Positions 61,854 to 64,000 of a stretch of DNA of 64,000 nt are shown here, one piece after another. Under the pieces are notes generated by a model that saw only the letters and a list, made by a program, of their open reading frames with translations, did not search any database and had not been told where the DNA came from. A program made the translations under genes and the position numbers. Numbering within the stretch: position 1 is the first letter of the stretch; the number at the start of each line of letters is the position of its first letter. The DNA comes from an uncultured delta proteobacterium (GTDB lineage Bacteria > Desulfobacterota > Binatia > UBA9968): positions 384,001 through 448,000 of the forward strand of contig CAVTUQ010000007.1 of assembly GCA_963737905.1 (NCBI GenBank), read 5' to 3'.

Positions 61854-62894
61854 TCACTGCTCAAATTGCTTGATGAAACCTTCACGCACGATCTCATCCA
61901 CCAGTGAATTATCGATGAATTCCTCGGGCCTCGCTTGCTTTGCAGCCGGGTTCGTCGAGGTCAGAAGCAAAGTTTTGATATTTTCCGTATCGACCCGAGT
62001 GACGAGCGGCAACTTGGCGGCAAGATATTTCTGGTACTCGGCCATGAGCTCATCGTCGCTGCTGCGAAAATAGCTCTTGAGTGCGGCCCGGGCTTTGACC
62101 GGTTCTTTTTTGATGATGCTAATGGCCTCGATCTGCGCCTTAATAAACAAAATCATGGCGCGCCGGCGCTCTTTTACTTTCTTTTCCAGCGTAATGAGAC
62201 CCGTATACCACCTTACGTTGACATCTTCGGGCGTAACGAGAGCCTTGAGTCCTCGTTTGCGAAAGGCCATGTAATTTTCGTAGGAGGCGAGCGCCGCGTC
62301 GTATTGACGGGTTACGACCCCGGCTAGGGCGGAAGGAGTATCTCCCGCCGAGAGGATCGTCGGCTGTTGGGCGCCTTTGTCAAGGCCGTACTTGGGAAAA
62401 ATGAAAGCGCGCAGCATGTGCGCATAGCCTCCTCCCAACCCCGGGACCGCAAACTTTCCGCTGCGCAACTGTTCCATGCTGGTCACTTCAGGTCGAACCA
62501 GGAGGTGGGCGTCGCTCCAGTCATTGAAGTTAGTCACGTACAAAATGGGCGATCCTGCGAGACGCGCGTTGATCAGAGCCGGGCCGGACGTATTAATCAC
62601 ATCCGCCTCGCCCCCTAAGAGCGCAGCTGTCGCAGTGGTGCCGCTGCCAATGCGAACAATGGTTGCGTCAAGTCCGTACTTTGGGTAAAGGCCGAACGTC
62701 GCCGCCAAGACCGGGATGGCATGTCTCGTCCCCGTGCCGCCGAGAATGCAAACGAACTTTTCCGCGGCAACTGCATCTTGTGGATTCAGGTTCTGAATCA
62801 GAGCGATCACGACTAAAATCAGGTAGGCCCGAAACCAAGAGTTTACTTTGCACGAGCCGAGTGCAAAAACGTTTTTCTCACGACGCTGAATCAT
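61854..62894 (-). CDS. NMT1/SsuA-type ABC substrate-binding protein
   Basis: GLYPKYGLD, ALLGGEAD, EEFIDNSLVDEIVREGFI. Confidence 0.85.
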   Translation of the reverse strand: MIQRREKNVFALGSCKVNSWFRAYLILVVIALIQNLNPQDAVAAEKFVCILGGTGTRHAIPVLAATFGLYPKYGLDATIVRIGSGTTATAALLGGEADVINTSGPALINARLAGSPILYVTNFNDWSDAHLLVRPEVTSMEQLRSGKFAVPGLGGGYAHMLRAFIFPKYGLDKGAQQPTILSAGDTPSALAGVVTRQYDAALASYENYMAFRKRGLKALVTPEDVNVRWYTGLITLEKKVKERRRAMILFIKAQIEAISIIKKEPVKARAALKSYFRSSDDELMAEYQKYLAAKLPLVTRVDTENIKTLLLTSTNPAAKQARPEEFIDNSLVDEIVREGFIKQFEQ

Positions 62895-63036
62895 TGTGCT
62901 TGCGTTTGCTCCCTTCTCGAACTCTCCCCCGAAACGGGGATTCCTTTTTGCGCTGTTTGCGCTTTCCCGGTCCTAGTCTGCTTCCGTCAACGATTTGAAC
63001 GGCTTGAACGTTTAGAACGACTGGAACGAATCTTCC

Positions 63037-64000
63037 CTACAGCCCCATTCGATACAACCGGTTGGCATTTTCACGGCCGACCCTGCGCTGCACGTCAGGG
63101 CTCACGCCGATGCCAACCCGCTCCAGTGTCTTCCGGGAATAGGGCCATGTGGTGTTGCCATGCGGATAGTCATTTGCCCACATGAAATTGTCGGCGCCGA
63201 AGACGGGAGTGGTAAGCATCCCCGCGCGATCGTCCTGGAAAGTGAACCAGGTGTGGCGTTTCATGTAATCTCCGGGCGCCATCTTCAACTTGACATCCGA
63301 ACCGTAGGCGGTGGCGCGTCCATAACGGTAATTGGCCTGTTCGTACATGATCGCCACCCACCCCACATCGTATTCCGTGCAAACGACCTTGAGGTTGGGA
63401 TGGCGATCAAAAACCCCGGAAAACATCAAATGGCTGATGAAACCTGTTGCCGTCGCGATCCGCTGCGCGCCGAAAAAATCACTCGACCCCTCCGCGGTCA
63501 AGCGCTGAAACCCGAACCAGCGCGGTTTGACTCCTTGCGCCGGTCCTCCGAGGTGAATGTGAACAACCAGCGCGTTATCCTCCGCTGCGCTCCAGATTGG
63601 TTCATAGACCGGGTCATAGTAACCGCCATCCTTGATGGCGTAAGGGATCTGCACCGCTTTGAAACCCAGTCCAGCATATTCCCGCATGTCTTGTCCGGCT
63701 TTTTCCGGGTCGAGAATCGAAAGCAGGGCAACTCCAACGAAACGTTTCGGGTCGTAGCTGCAAAACTCATGAAGCCAGGCGTTGTAGGAGCGAAAGATGG
63801 CACGCTGAAATGCGCCATCAGTGAGACCATAGAAAAATCTTCCAACACTCGCAAATAAGACTTCCGCCGCGACGCCGTCGGCGTCTTGATCCTTGATGCG
63901 CGCAGCCGGCTCCCAAGACGCAGGAAAATCTTCGTACTTAAAATTCTCGTGAAAATGAATGCGCTCGTGGTGCTTATCCATCTCGACGCTGCCAAGACCC
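63037..64000 (-). CDS. Amidohydrolase family 2 protein (5' end beyond the window)
   Basis: DQDADGV, VHIH, GVFDRHPNLK, WANDYPHGNTTWP, ENANRLY. Confidence 0.9.
   Translation of the reverse strand, partial: GLGSVEMDKHHERIHFHENFKYEDFPASWEPAARIKDQDADGVAAEVLFASVGRFFYGLTDGAFQRAIFRSYNAWLHEFCSYDPKRFVGVALLSILDPEKAGQDMREYAGLGFKAVQIPYAIKDGGYYDPVYEPIWSAAEDNALVVHIHLGGPAQGVKPRWFGFQRLTAEGSSDFFGAQRIATATGFISHLMFSGVFDRHPNLKVVCTEYDVGWVAIMYEQANYRYGRATAYGSDVKLKMAPGDYMKRHTWFTFQDDRAGMLTTPVFGADNFMWANDYPHGNTTWPYSRKTLERVGIGVSPDVQRRVGRENANRLYRMGL

Noticed and set aside
62989-63030. Short GAACG-periodic repeats (TTGAACGGC/TTGAACGTT/TAGAACGAC/TGGAACG)
   Set aside because: Only about four degenerate units with no inverted partner; no function can be supported.
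94-63995. Many overlapping antisense ORFs in the track (e.g. 102..791, 7561..8316, 47344..48270, and repeated '...[10 protein letters not shown]' ORFs)
   Set aside because: Shadow ORFs of GC-rich coding genes; the repeated ones simply mirror the conserved SBP 3' end.

Overview
GC-rich (roughly mid-50s %, estimated by eye) bacterial chromosome segment. The massive expansion of orphan substrate-binding proteins (SBPs), amidohydrolases, MmgE/PrpD and UbiD genes resembles soil Candidatus Binatia / Deltaproteobacteria-like genomes (inference). The left end is a pyrimidine operon, pyrR - (pyrB-pyrI Zn domain-pyrR triple fusion) - carA - carB, with a PyrR-binding attenuator. Aromatic/heterocycle catabolic genes and a complete liv-type ABC operon follow. 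The most unusual part (17.8-28.7 kb) is a co-oriented array of nine PF04392-type ABC SBP paralogs plus three isolated 45-60 nt SBP 3'-end stubs. The units are joined by re-used ~150-230 bp linker modules built on inverted heptad-repeat hairpins. One hairpin carries a four-helix-bundle gene in its loop, an inverted BrnT/BrnA toxin-antitoxin module sits between two stubs, and a perfect 13-7-13 inverted repeat lies at the array head. Together this suggests a cassette-like, recombining receptor array. Also present: an IS3-family element with a 3-bp target duplication 7 bp outside its inverted repeats, three copies of a palindromic RAYT-type end next to a HUH transposase remnant, REP-flanked GIY-YIG, repeated SBP+amidohydrolase(+MmgE/PrpD) modules, a fused double ABC exporter and a MarR-permease-ClC unit. 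Many genes carry single-base frameshifts, most likely long-read assembly errors, so pseudogene calls are provisional. No rRNA, tRNA or CRISPR array was seen.
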